From Octopus sinensis (lineage: Eukaryota), in contig NC_043000.1 in the NCBI RefSeq assembly GCF_006345805.1, forward strand, positions 17,918,001 to 17,982,000: a DNA stretch of 64,000 nucleotides, in the 5' to 3' direction. The translations under genes were made by a program, and so were the position numbers. Shown one piece after another: positions 37,953 through 50,340 of this stretch (the stretch's first letter is position 1; each line of letters opens with the position of its first letter). Below the pieces are notes generated by a model that ran no database searches, was not told the DNA's origin, and saw only the letters and a list, made by a program, of their open reading frames with translations.

Positions 37953-38374
37953 TGTAGTGACGCCATCTTGGAAATCTCCAACACGCATGAGCAGGGTTGG
38001 AATCTTCCAGAAGTTCCCTCATGCGCATGCGCAGAAAACTAGCAGCAGCGAAATTCTCTTGTATTTTTTTACCTTTTGACGCTAACATCTGAACAATACA
38101 GACGTGTCTGCAGCAGCTCTCTCAAGCTGCTACCTCGTGGCACATTCTCGCTATGTTTGAACGGGCAGGATTGATTCCCTCCACTTGACTACTGCCGATG
38201 AGCTCCTAAGTTGCCGATTCACCCAGAAGAAGGAAATGTTTATATTGCGAATCAAAGAATAAATATTTATACAGTTGAAGTTAATCGGAAATCTTGACTC
38301 TTTCTTCGATTAATATTTAATGTAAAGGATGCAAGCTGCACCCATCCAGTGTGGAGACCTCTCATCCTGTTACA
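37953..38374 (+). mobile_element. Solo LTR (422 bp, probably Gypsy) inserted in a family A SINE head
   Basis: TGTA..TACA termini, 4-bp TSD AGTC (37949-37952, 38375-38378), internal AATAAA; removing it restores the SINE sequence GTGGATTTAGTCAATGGAAACTGAAAG. Confidence 0.8.
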
Positions 38375-38782
38375 AGTCAATGGAAACTGAAAGAAATCCA
38401 TCGTGTGTGTGTGTGTGTGTGTGTGTGTAGTATGTTGCAATGTGCTCAATGTGTTAGGAAACTCTGAAGAGAGCTGAACAGAGAAGAAATCTCCCTCAGG
38501 CAAATGTGTCTGTGTGTTTTTGTCTCCTTGCCTTGGCACTGTGGGATCATTGTAAGCAAGTGTTACCCTCATGCAAGTAGTCTCCTTCATTCCTTATTCT
38601 TCCAAGACATATCTGATCATAGGAAAATAAGGGTGGGTTGGCAACAGGAAGAGCATCCGGCTGTAGAAAATCTGCCTCAACAAATTCCATCGGACACATG
38701 TTAGCATGGAAAAATGGACGTTAATGAAGATTCAGACCTATTACAAACAATTTACTATTTCAGTAAGTATATGTCACTGAGG

Positions 38783-39185
38783 GTGGTGAGCTGGCAGAAT
38801 TGTTAGCACACTGGGCGAAATGCGTAGCTGTATTTCGTCTGCCGTTACATTCTGAGTTCAAATTCCGCTGAGGTCGACTTTGCCATTCATCCTTTCGGGG
38901 TCGATAAATTAAGTACCAGTTAAGCACTGGGGTCAATGTAATCGACTTAACCCGTTTGTCTGTCCTTGTTTGTCCCCTCTGTGTGTAGCCCCTTGTGGGC
39001 AGTAAAGAAATAAGTATTTCATCTGTCTTCATGTTCTGAGTTCAAATGCCACCAGGGTCGGCTTTGCTTTTCATCCTTTCGGGGGTTGATAAATTAAGTA
39101 TCAGTTACGCACTGGGGCCGATGTAATCGACTTTATTAATCCCTTCCCCAAAATTTGAGGCCTTGTGCTTCCAATAGAAAAGAAT
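38783..39185 (+). mobile_element. SINE family B dimer
   Basis: Junction AAAGAAATAAGTATTTCATC; second unit has the alternative tail also seen at 5224-5280. Confidence 0.8.
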
Positions 39186-39974
39186 AAGTGTATGTCACTT
39201 GAAACCCTATAAAAGGGACATAACTCTTCCTTGTCTCAATCTGTCTTGGTATACTTTCCTTTCATAAGTAACTGGTTGTTGTTACATCAACGAATCCAGC
39301 TTTAATCCCACCTTTGTTACAATATTTTGGTTGAAATACGCTGCCCTTGTTTCAGTTAATTTCGAAAACGAAGAAGAGTTTATTAAAACAACTTTGTTAT
39401 TGTTAAGTTGGTGTTTAGAACATAACCTGCCTTTTGATAATAGATTTTCACTTTAAAAGAGAACATTTGGTGTCAGATGGCCACGTTCTGAGTTCAAATG
39501 CCACCAGGGTCTTTCATGTCCAGACTGTCATACCACTGCATGCATTTGATCCTCATTTAGGCAAAAGCATGGATATACCATTGTTGCCACTATTGCCCCC
39601 ACTACCATCACAGCTCACCTATAACCACCACAACCACTACTGCCAACAATCACATCATCACCACTACTAGCATCACAACCACAACCACTACCACTTCAAG
39701 CATGGTGGTCAGATGGCCAGGGGTAGTCTGATGCATGTTGGTATGGAAAGGGTCAAAGTTTTCAAAAGGTCACAGAAATATTTGAGGTGGTAGACCTAGT
39801 TAACCCATGCTAACAGAAGATGAAAAGTACAAACTTGTAATTTCAATTTAGTGTTACAGAGGAAATGATCGGTCCATAGCCCGTATAGAAAGGCTAATGG
39901 GGAGAAGAGAGGAGGGAACTAGTTTTTTTTAGTTAGTGTGCCTTTTTTTTTTCCTGGTCTCTCTCTTTTTCTTT

Positions 39975-40186
39975 TTACTCTTTTACTTGTTTCAGTCATT
40001 TGACTGCGGCCATGCTGGAGCACCACCTTTAGTTTAGCAAATCACCTCCAGGTCTTATTCTTTGTAAGCCTAGTACTTATTCTATCGGTCTCTTTTGCCG
40101 AACCGCTAAGTTACGGGGACGTAAACACACCAGCATCGGTTGTCAAGCAATGCTAGGGGACAAACACAGACACACAAACACACACA

Positions 40187-40250
<64 letters not shown>

Positions 40251-40408
40251 TACGACGAGCTTCTTTCAGTTTCCGTCTACCAAATCCACTCACAAGGCTT
40301 TGGTCGGCCCGAAGCTATAGTAGAAGACACTTGCCCAAGGTGCCACACAGTGGGACTGAACCCAGAACCATGTGGTTAGTAGACAAGCTACTTACCACAC
40401 AGCCACTC
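39975..40408 (-). mobile_element. SINE family A
   Basis: Full-length copy. Confidence 0.86.
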
Positions 40409-41235
40409 ACTTTATTTCTCATAGCATATTCATTTCTATAACTACAATAAAGAAAAAACAAGTGCCACACTATTTTTGAACTTACTGTAAAAAGCCATTA
40501 TGTTGTTGTTTAGCCCTGTCTTGGCCCTAATAGAATGTCACTGACCCCACCTTTTCTGCTCCCTACTACCATGCCATTAACATTTCTCCTATTTCTAGTG
40601 TCATGTCATTGACCCCTTCTTCCTACTGCTATGTTACTGGCCCCTGCTGTCATGTCACTTCCCCTTCTCCTGACTACCCCATCACTAATACCCCTCTTTT
40701 TGCTGCCATATCACTGATCTCTCCCAGGCCCCTGCCACTATGTCACTTCTGCTTCTTGTTCATGATTCTCTCCTTTGTTCTATATTTCTACTCCACACCT
40801 CAATGCTACCCCATCTTAATACATCTAAACCAAGGGCTCTTAACAATTTTTTTTTTTTTACTTATGGACCCCCTTTATTTTATTCTGGAGAACCCCCATA
40901 GCCATTCGCTGGTTTAAAAACTAGTTTTATAGATACTTCTTTCAAAATTCCTATTTTGTTTTTCATATATTAACTTGTGAAGGCTGAACCATGTTGTTTT
41001 TTTTTTTGTAATAAATACCAATACATCTAAATCAAAATCTTTTCAGGGGCCCTTAGAACATTATTGTGGATCTCCACTTTACTATTTTGCTGTGTGAACC
41101 TCCAAAAAATCTTATATATAGACGCCAGTTGAGAACTAATCTAAATACTAGACTATCTTCCTCTACATCTTAATGTTACTATACCTCAAAGACTTATCAC
41201 TGTAACTATGATTCTGTTTCTTCTCTTTTGATTAG

Positions 41236-41424
41236 ATATATCTGGCACTGTCGACTGGAACATCATTCCAGTGTTTCCACCATCATCTAACATTTATGTT
41301 ACAAAAAGCAATGAGTCGTGCTGAACAAACAGTCTTCGCATCTTTAGCCAGCACCTCATCTGTACTTCAGTTCTTAAAGGAGAACTTTGGTATCTCTGCT
41401 CCTAGAATACCTGTTAAATCTTAA
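41236..41424 (+). CDS. DUS4L: DUS4-like last coding exon
   Basis: gattag|ATA TAT CTG..TCT TAA = IYLALSTGTSFQCFHHHLTFMLQKAMSRAEQTVFASLASTSSVLQFLKENFGISAPRIPVKS*, parallel to the DUS4L C-terminus (CFHQHL..M..K..S..E..VF..L.STS). Confidence 0.93.
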   Translation: MYLALSTGTSFQCFHHHLTFMLQKAMSRAEQTVFASLASTSSVLQFLKENFGISAPRIPVKS

Positions 41425-41603
41425 CATCAACTTCTACCAACAGCGATTGTAAGTATGTTTTAGATTTCATTAGAGTGATCTTTACTATAAAATTTACGGT
41501 AAATAAGTAGGCATGCATTAACCTTTCTGGCTAGCCATACATTCCGATTTTCATGGTTGACTAAACAGAAGGGAAAACAGCCAACTGTAAAAAATATTTG
41601 CTT

Positions 41604-41794
41604 ACTCTTTTACTCGTTTCAGGCATTTGACTGTGGTCATGCTGGAGCACCACCTTTTAGCTGAGCAAATCGACCCCAGGACTTATTCTTTGGAAGCCTA
41701 GTACTTATTCTATTGGTCTCTTTTTACCAAACCCCGAAGTTACAGGGACGTAAACACACCACCATCGGTTGTCAAGCAATGTTGGGGGGGACAA

Positions 41795-41837
<43 letters not shown>

Positions 41838-42018
41838 CATACATACATATATATGATGGGCTTCTTTCAGTTTCCTGTCTACCAAATCTACTCACAAGGC
41901 TTTGGTGGACCCGAGGCTATAATAGAAGACACTTGCCCAAGGTGCCACGCAGTGGGAATGAACCTGGAACCATGTGGTTGGTAAGCAAGCTACTTACGAC
42001 ACAGCTACTCCTGCGCCT
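41604..42018 (-). mobile_element. SINE family A, 180 bp after the DUS4L stop
   Basis: Full-length copy. Confidence 0.85.
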
Positions 42019-43097
42019 TGGAAACAAATTTTTCAAAATTATCCCACCAGTGAGTGAAATGAGAATAAATCAATAAAAATAAATTTACAAAAACAGTTAA
42101 CTTATCGAAATGTTGTCATATGGTCATACAGCAGTTTTTTATTCAATACAGCTGAGTATCTTAGCTCCCTTCACACTTCATTTGCATGTTTTACATCCAC
42201 TTTTCCATGCTTGCATGAGTTAGATGAATACATATTCATATTACTTAGGCATTGTTTTTACAGCAAGGTGCTATTTCTGTCACTAATCCTTACCTGCTTT
42301 TCAGGTAAAGAAGCTTTCATTACACTTTTGTTTGTAAGTACATGCATTATGGTAGGCTTTGGACAATTTTGGTTTGCTTAATTTACTCATAAAGTAGGGG
42401 CCAATCCAGGATTACAATAGATAACGCTTGCCCAAGATGCTGCACAGTAGAACTGATCCCAAAACCATATGATTGTGAAATGAATTTCTTACCCATATAA
42501 CTATGCTAATGATGATAACTTGCTCCTTTGAAAAATGTATTATTTGAAATGATCCAACAACTTCTTTTTGTATTTTTTTACATTTTTTTTTTTCTAGTGG
42601 TACCAAAATACAGAAAGATATTTCATATGTTGTGTTTGGCAAAAGAAGTGATATGTAAAATACCAAAGAGTCTTATTCCACTAAGACTTCTGGTTTCTTC
42701 CCCAGGATGAAAAGTAACAGAATCTAAAATTCTAGTAAAGAATGTTCCAATTCAGCAGACTACAAGAGATATGTCATGTGCACTGTGTTCAATACCGGAT
42801 TCAAGATGATTACTTTCAAATCACTCAGGGATACTTTTAACAGAATTTCAGTTGATTTTCTTTTTTTTATTTGTAATTTTTGTTTTAAGAATTTCCTGTA
42901 AGTCAGAAATGAAATTTAAAAAAAAAAGAAAAATGTATTGTGTTTGATAATTGCAACTTTGGCAGTAGCTGGCAACTCAATTTGGTGTACCTACAATGAA
43001 CAGGTTGTATGTCCAGACCCATAATGAGAGGGATCATGTTACAGTAACTCATTTACTGAAGACTCTCGCACGATGCTAAAATGATTTACATACTCAA

Positions 43098-43503
43098 GAG
43101 TGGCTGTGTAGTAAGTTAGCTTGCTAACCAACCACATGGTTCCGGGTTCAGTCCCACTGTGTGGCACCTTGGGCAAGTGTCTTCTGCTATAGCCCCGGGC
43201 CGACCAATGCCTTGTGAGTGGATTTGGTAGACGGAAACTGAAAGAAGCCTGTCGTATATATGTATATATATATATATGTATATGTATGTATGTGTATGTG
43301 TTTGTGTGTCTGTGTTTGTCCTCCTAGCATTGCTTGACAACCGATGCTGGTGTGTTTACGTCCCCGTCACTTAGCGGTTCGGCAAAAGAGACTGATAGAA
43401 TAAGTACTGGGCTTACAAAGAATAAATCCCGGGGTCGATTTGCTTGACTAGAGGCGGTGCTCCAGCATGGCCGCAGTCAAATGACTGAAACATGTAAAAG
43501 AGT
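43098..43503 (+). mobile_element. SINE family A
   Basis: Full-length plus-strand copy. Confidence 0.88.
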
Positions 43504-43665
43504 ATACAACTTGTTTCTTCTGTTTAAAATTCTGCAGTTGACAACCAGGACCCTATTTTAGAAAGTAATTTCTAAGGACAGTCTTTAAAGCCAACACTCC
43601 TTAGTGAATTCTGAGAGAAGTCAAACTAGACACTAGAAATGCAAACTATTTGATGGAGTATAATA

Positions 43666-44030
43666 ATAATAATAATAATGAAATTAATTGTATAGTGCTC
43701 AGATGCACCACAACTTGTCAGAAAGTGCATATAAAGCATATGCAGTAATGTAGAAATGTCTGGAAAGTGAACAATGTATGAGTCAGATACATGCCTGTGT
43801 GTGTATGGAGGGGAGAAAATCAGGTGTAGTGTTGGCGAATCTCAGGAAGCATGGAAGTTTTGAAGGATGCAGTGCTCTGACTACTAACAACCGATGCCGG
43901 CAGTTTGTTCCATGCTTCAGCAACTCTCAGCGTGAAAAAATGTTTCCTAAAGTCATGGGAGCTGTGCTGTTTTCTGACTTTGTAAATATGTCCACGGGTG
44001 TTAGATGGGTATGCTTGTATGTAGATACAT
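43666..44030 (-). mobile_element. CR1-type LINE 3' end with (ATT)n tail
   Basis: Reverse complement homologue of 25350-25737. Confidence 0.65.
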
Positions 44031-44871
44031 TATCCGTAATTAGACGGCTTCATGAGTTAGCAGATGTAGTTGAAGACCAATGAATTAACTGGTAACTTAC
44101 CTACATACTGCAAAGTCTCTTCTCTCTATCTTTTTTATTGCTACAACACCACATCTAGCTAGTTGCTTACTGCCTCCACTCCAGCCCACCCAAAATACCT
44201 CTCTTTCTCCTTTATTTTGTCAGGTTCCCCACAACCAACAAGTCAGCCTAATCCTTTTTCCTCAGAACATCAACCCTCTGGTATTCTCTCCTTGCGCACA
44301 GTTCTTTCTTTTGTGAACATTGACGAATATATTTAAGCTGAACATAACAACCAACCTTACCAGCCATGCAGGTTGTGCACACAGCCTCTTCCTGTTCACT
44401 GGGTGATTAAAATACACATCTTTACTTTTTTATACATATATCATCGTCGTTTAACGTCCGTTCTCCATGCTAGCATGGGTTGGACGGTTCGACCGGGGTT
44501 CTGGGAAGCCAGAAGGCTGCACCAGGCTCCAGTCTAATTTGGCAATGTTTCTACAGCTGGATGCCCTTCCTAACGCCAACCACTCCGTGAGTGTAGTGGG
44601 TGCTTTTTACGTGCCACCTGCACATATGTGTGTGTATATATATTTACAATTTAAAATCCACTTGTTCATGACTATGTGGCTTGTTTGATGGAGCATGTGT
44701 CCATGCCCCATCTAACCTTCAATTGCAAAGTAGTCTGTGGAATATTTTTGTCATCAGTAATCCGGTGCAAGCAGTTATTGTGTCTTGCTCATGTGAGCTA
44801 TAATATACTACTGGCTGTATTATATTGTAATATACTAATAAAACTGAGGAGAGTCATTCTCTTTTAGTACC

Positions 44872-45035
44872 TTATTATATAACACACTCACCGGTAAAAT
44901 TTCCACTTATTTTGTCTTATTTTCCTAAAAGTAAGAGAGTCAAGACTATTGAAAAGGTTGCAAGACGTAACGAAAATTTTAGGAAAATAAGACGAAATAA
45001 GTGGAAATTTTACCGGTGAGTGTGTTATATAATAA
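44872..45035. mobile_element. Fold-back MITE / long inverted repeat
   Basis: About 59-bp arms TTATTATATAACACACTCACCGGTAAAATTTCCACTTATTT(T/C)GTCTTATTTTCCTAAAA with one mismatch around a ~46-bp spacer. Confidence 0.8.
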
Positions 45036-45449
45036 AACTATTGTGCAGTAATTTATTCTAATCCTGTGTAATCAAGATGAACAACTAAGCTGACTACAGT
45101 GTGAACTGTGAAATTAGATTAACCCTTTAGTGTTCGCATTATTCTGCCAAAATTAATCCTTTTTTATCCACATTGTTTTGAACTAATCATTCATTATCTT
45201 GTAGCCATGAGATTTTGATGAGGTAGCTGTTAATTTCTAAAACGATATTGTAGGGTTGGTGTGAGAGACCAGATCTGGCCAGTTTGAACATAAAACAGGC
45301 AGAATATTTTTGGCCGGATATGGCCGGTTCAAATGCTAAAGGGTTAAGAAGAGGGACCAAATGTGATACATTAAAAGCATCTGGTCCAGTCCTTTATATT
45401 TATTGTAGACTGTTTGTGGATAGGATGCTGAATGCACTTTTGCCGAAAG

Positions 45450-47290
45450 ATAATTCTTCAATATACTCATTGCCAATCCTAACCTTACTAACGGCCTCTC
45501 TGTATAGGGCCTATACAGCCCTTATCAACCATTCGTCAATCTCCAGTTTCCGCATTGCCCACCAGATAAGGGATCGGGGACCCTGTCAAAGGCTTTCTCC
45601 AAGTCCACAAAAGCTAAGTAGAGGGGTTTCTCTTTAGCTAGGTATTTCTCCTGCAGTTGTCAAACCAGGAATATGGCATCAGTGGTGCTCTTACCTGGAA
45701 CAAAACCGAACTGCATCTCATCTAAGCAGACTCTCTCCCTAATGAGATGGACTATGACCCTCTCTGTGACCATCACCTGGCATTGCCCACCTGATAAGGG
45801 ATCGGGGACCCTGTCAAAGGCTTTCTCAAAGTCCACAAAAGCTAAGTAGAGGGGTTTATCTTTAGCTAGGTATTTCTCCTGCAGTTGTCAAACCAGGAAT
45901 ATGGCATCAGTGGTGTTTTTACCTGGAACAAAACCGAACTGCATCTCATCTAAGCAGACTCTCTCCCTAATGAGATGGACTATGACCCTCTCTGTGACCT
46001 TCATCACCTGGCATTGCCCACCTGATCAGGGATCGGGGACCCTGTGAAAGGCTTTCTCCAAGTCCACAAAAGCTAAGTAGAGGGGTTTATCTTTAGCTAG
46101 GTATTTCTCCTGCAGTTGTCAAACCAGGAATATGGCATCAGTGGTGTTTTTACCTGGAACAAAACCGAACTGCATCTCATCTAAGCAGACTCTCTCCCTA
46201 ATGAGATGGACTATGACCCTCTCTGTGACCTTCATCACCTGGCATTGCCCACCTGATCAGGGATCGGGGACCCTGTGAAAGGCTTTCTCCAAGTCCACAA
46301 AAGCTAAGTAGAGGGGTTTATCTTTAGCTAGGTATTTCTCCTGCAGTTGTCAAACCAGGAATATGGCATCAGTGGTGCTTTTACCTGGAACAAAACCGAA
46401 CTGCATCTCATCTAAGCAGACTCTCTTCCTAATGAGATGGACTATGACCCTCTCCGTGACCTTCATCACCTGGCATTGCCCACCTGATCAGGGATCGGGG
46501 ACCCTGTCAAAGGCTTTCTCCAAGTCCACAAAAGCTAAGTAGAGGGGTTTATCTTTAGCTAGGTATTTCTCCTGCAGTTGTCAAACCAGGAATATGGCAT
46601 CAGTGGTGCTTTTACCTGGAACAAAACCGAACTGCATCTCATCTAAGCAGACTCTCTCCCTAATGAGATGGACTATGACCCTCTCTGTGACCTTCATCAC
46701 CTGGCATTGCCCACCTGATCAGGGATCGGGGACCCTGTCAAAGGCTTTCTCCAAGTCCACAAAAGCTAAGTAGAGGGGTTTATCTTTAGCTAGGTATTTC
46801 TCCTGCAGTTGTCAAACCAGGAATATGGCATCAGTGGTGCTTTTACCTGGAACAAAACCGAACTGCATCTCATCTAAGCAGACTCTCTCCCTAATGAGAT
46901 GGACTATGACCCTCTCTTGACCTTCATCACCTGGCATTGCCCACTGATCAGGGATCGGGGACCCTGTGAAAGGCTTTCTCCAAGTCCACAAAAGCTAAGT
47001 AGAGGGGTTTATCTTTAGCTAGGTATTTCTCCTGCAGTTGTCAAACCAGGAATATGGCATCAGTGGTGCTTTTACCTGGAACAAAACCGAACTGCATCTC
47101 ATCTAAGCAGACTCTCTTCCTAATGAGATGGACTATGACCCTCTCCGTGACCTTCATCACCTGATCCAGCAGTTTAATACCCCTGTAGTTATTTCTATCT
47201 AGAGCATCACCTTCACCCTTGTAGCAGTTGACTATGGTGCTGTTACGCCAGTCATTGGGTATGACTCCATCATGAACTACCTGGTTTACA
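45450..47290 (-). mobile_element. RTE-clade LINE reverse-transcriptase fragment (dead), internally amplified
   Basis: GVIPNDWRNSTIVNCYKGEGDALDRNNYRGIKLLDQVMKV..QFGFVPGKSTTDAIF..LYLAFVDLEKAFDRVP..LIWWAMRKLEIDEW; contains stops and a frameshift. Confidence 0.9.
45552..47163. repeat. Tandem array, 7 units of ~231 bp (228, 231, 231, 231, 231, 230, 230)
   Basis: Unit starts at 45552, 45780, 46011, 46242, 46473, 46704, 46934; only a few SNPs/indels between units. Confidence 0.97.
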
Positions 47291-47730
47291 TTATATATAT
47301 TATATTATATTATATTATATTATATATATATATAATATATATTTGAATTAACACTGACATTACACATCCATTGGGTCATACTGGATTCATTCCTTGCGAG
47401 CTTATACATGTTCTCAGCAGTCATGGCCCATACTTTATTTTACTAGCCCCAGAAGAATGAAAGGCCAAGCTGGACTTGGCAGGACTTGAACCCAGGATAT
47501 AAATGGAAATCAACCCATCACTCTACTGACTTTGTCATGAAAGTGCACAGCCTTGTGGTTAGGGTGTTCAGCTTATAATCATTAAGGCTGCGAGATCAAT
47601 TCCTGAATCAGGTAGCATGTTGTGTTCTGGAGCATTTCACATTCTCCTCTCAAATATTACTAAAGTCACAGAAAACCATGAACACCACCACATCAAATAG
47701 CTTTTATATAAGATCAAATAGCTTTTATAT

Positions 47731-48520
47731 ATCATTTTCAAACTAGCTATTGCTCTTGTCTCAATGGTCCCGTGGGTAAAGACAGACATACAGACATAGC
47801 AACACATATACCCCTTGGACAAAGGTTCAATCTTGGCTCATGGCCTTTTTTTTCCTTCCCCCTTCTCTAGAGAAAAATAAAACTAAATGAGATCATATCA
47901 CTAATCCCTACCTGAGACTGAAACCTCCATCTACCTCAGTCTTCTCTGTCACCAAACACCCTTATCCACTAGGCTACAAAGCCAGTAATACTACTTATAC
48001 AAAGTAAGAGATATTTAAATCTATTCTAGTGATTGGTCATTGACTACATTAGTCTGATAGGTTTAAATACATCATTTTCAAACTAGTTATTGCCGTTGTC
48101 TCAGTGGTCTTGTGGGTAAAGACATGGACATAGCAACACACAAACCTCTTTAACAAAGGTTCAATCTTGACCTATACTGATGAGGCTCTTTGTGAAAGTA
48201 TTCAGTTTTTTTTTTTCCTCCACTTTCTCCATTTACAGAAAAAAAATAAATAAATGAGATCATGTCACAACCCCTACCTGAGACTGAAACCTCCATCTAC
48301 CTCACTGTCTTGTTTGTCACCATAGTACCCTTATCCACTACTTATACAAAAATATGAGATATTTAAATCTATTCTAATGATTAGTTATTGATTACATTAG
48401 TCTCGTAGGTTTACATTATTTTCAAACTAGGTATTTCTGTTGTCTCAATGCACTTGTGGGTGGAGACAATAGCAAGCAATATAGAAGCATCCTGATACAG
48501 AGTTCAATCTTGTCCCTGGG
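47731..48520. repeat. Old degenerate tandem repeat, ~340-bp period, ~2.3 units
   Basis: AT(C/T)ATTTTCAAA(A)CTAG at 47731, 48071, 48415; shared blocks such as CCCTACCTGAGACTGAAACCTCCATCTACCTCA. Confidence 0.8.
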
Positions 48521-48758
48521 CATGCATTGAAGAGGGTTTTTTTTTTTTGTTTTTTGGGGGTTTTTTGCAGTTGTTTGAGTGGAGCTGACCTGGGGCACCT
48601 TCTTGAAGGTTTTAGTTAAATAAAACGATCCCTGTAATTAATTTTTTCAAGGCTAGTCCTTATTCTACCAGTCTCTTTCACTGAACCACTAAATCCAAGT
48701 AAGAATTATCCACCCCCTTCTTTTCCCCCCTCCTATCTAACTAGATAGAAAACGTAAA

Positions 48759-49266
48759 TCTATATATATAAAACTGTAGTTGTGTGAGTGTCTGTCTCCT
48801 ACGATTTAGATTCCTAACTACTCCCACATTTTGCAGTGCAGTTTAACCAAATTCGGGTATCTTATAGTCGTGATTAATATCGAGCCCGTCTGGCTATTAG
48901 CGCGCGTCTACGATGAGTCTACGATTTTAAAAATAATTTACCATCATTTGTTTCCATTTTAATGCATAATTTTTCGTGTGTCGATGGTGGTGGAGTTGGC
49001 GTCCATGGTCACAGCTGCACCTGTTTGCTTCTCCCCCTTCCCTCCCTCGTGAAGCTGTGGGGAAAGGAGTTTAAGGAAATCAACGTCGTAATGTGTTGTC
49101 AAGAAGACCAGCGTTCTTTTAGAACAACGACTTCATGGCTTGAAGACACCAAAACAGAAATGGCTAAGAAAGCCCGAATTGGCATCTATAAGGGAAGTAA
49201 CTCTCTAAAAATGCTTATATAGTTATTTCCCTTACAAACCCGAGCAACGACGGGCGATACTGCTAG
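48759..49266 (+). mobile_element. Non-autonomous Helitron (508 bp), same family as 21234-21746
   Basis: A|TCTATATATATAAAACTG..CTGCTAG|T. Confidence 0.82.
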
Positions 49267-49761
49267 TATTTAATAAAACACTTTTTTAAATCCTTGGCAG
49301 AGATTGAAACCCTCCACCTCAACATATGCCTCTGCTTATAAAGCACCTTTACCCACAAAGCTACCAGGGAAACAACTGTATCTATTTTTAAAAAATGTGA
49401 TATTTAAATATAATTTCATCCTTCACTTTATAGCTGCATTCATTATAAAGATGCTCAATCGGCTGCGAACAGCAGCCAAGGCTCGCTTACATCACCTGTC
49501 ACTGGTCTTCAGAAAAAACAAAGAACACCTCAGAGACATGGATCTAAAAGGAATGTACAACAGATTATACATATATAATATATATAATATATATACAACA
49601 TATACATAATATATATATATAATACATAAATAACATGTATATATATATGATGATGACATAATACACATATAATACATATATAATATGTATAATACACACA
49701 CATAATACATATATAATATCTATGGAAAGCAGACGTTAAACGACGATGATGATGATATATA

Positions 49762-50340
49762 ATCATCATCGTTTAACATCTGGTTTCCATGCTAGTATGG
49801 GTTGGACGATTTGACTGAGGGCTGGCAAACCAGATGGCTGCACCAGGCTCCAATTTTGATCTGGCAGAGTTTTTACAGCTGGATGCCCTTCCTAACGTCA
49901 ACCACTCTGAGAGTGTAGTGGGTGCTTTTACGTGCCACCAGCACGGGGGCCAGTCAGGCGGTACTGGCAACAACCTTGCTCAAATCTTTTTACACATGCC
50001 AACAGCACAGGTGCCAGTAAGGCGATGCTGGTAACGATCACACACGAATGGTGCCTCTTACATGCCACCAGCATGGAAGCCATTTAGCCACTCTGGCAAT
50101 GATCACACTTGGATGGTGCTCTTAGCACCCTACTAGCTTGGGGCACAAGTGCCAGTAAGGCAACGCTGGTAACGATCACCCTCGAATGGTGCCTTTTATG
50201 TGCATCTGGCACGGAAACCGGCTAGCCACTCTGTCAAAGATCACACTCGTATGGTACTCTTTGCACCCTGCTAGCACGGATGCCAGTTATCGAATTTAAT
50301 TTTGATTTCACTTGCCTCAACAGGTCTTTGCAAGCAGAGT
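49762..50340 (-). mobile_element. RTE LINE 3' UTR with expanded minisatellite
   Basis: Closely related to 12160-12720. Confidence 0.72.

Noticed and set aside
1072-40408. Antisense orientation bias of family A SINEs in the DUS4L span
   Set aside because: About 12 minus versus 5 plus copies; two-sided binomial p about 0.14, not significant.
40831-41138. Additional hAT MITE (ATCTAAA(C/T) flanks, CAAGGGCTCTTAAC..GTTGAGAAC)
   Set aside because: Right TIR too degraded to call with confidence.
45552-47163. CRISPR-like or tandem-domain protein interpretation of the 231-bp array
   Set aside because: No unique spacers, no cas genes, eukaryotic context; every unit has an in-frame stop, so no repeat protein.
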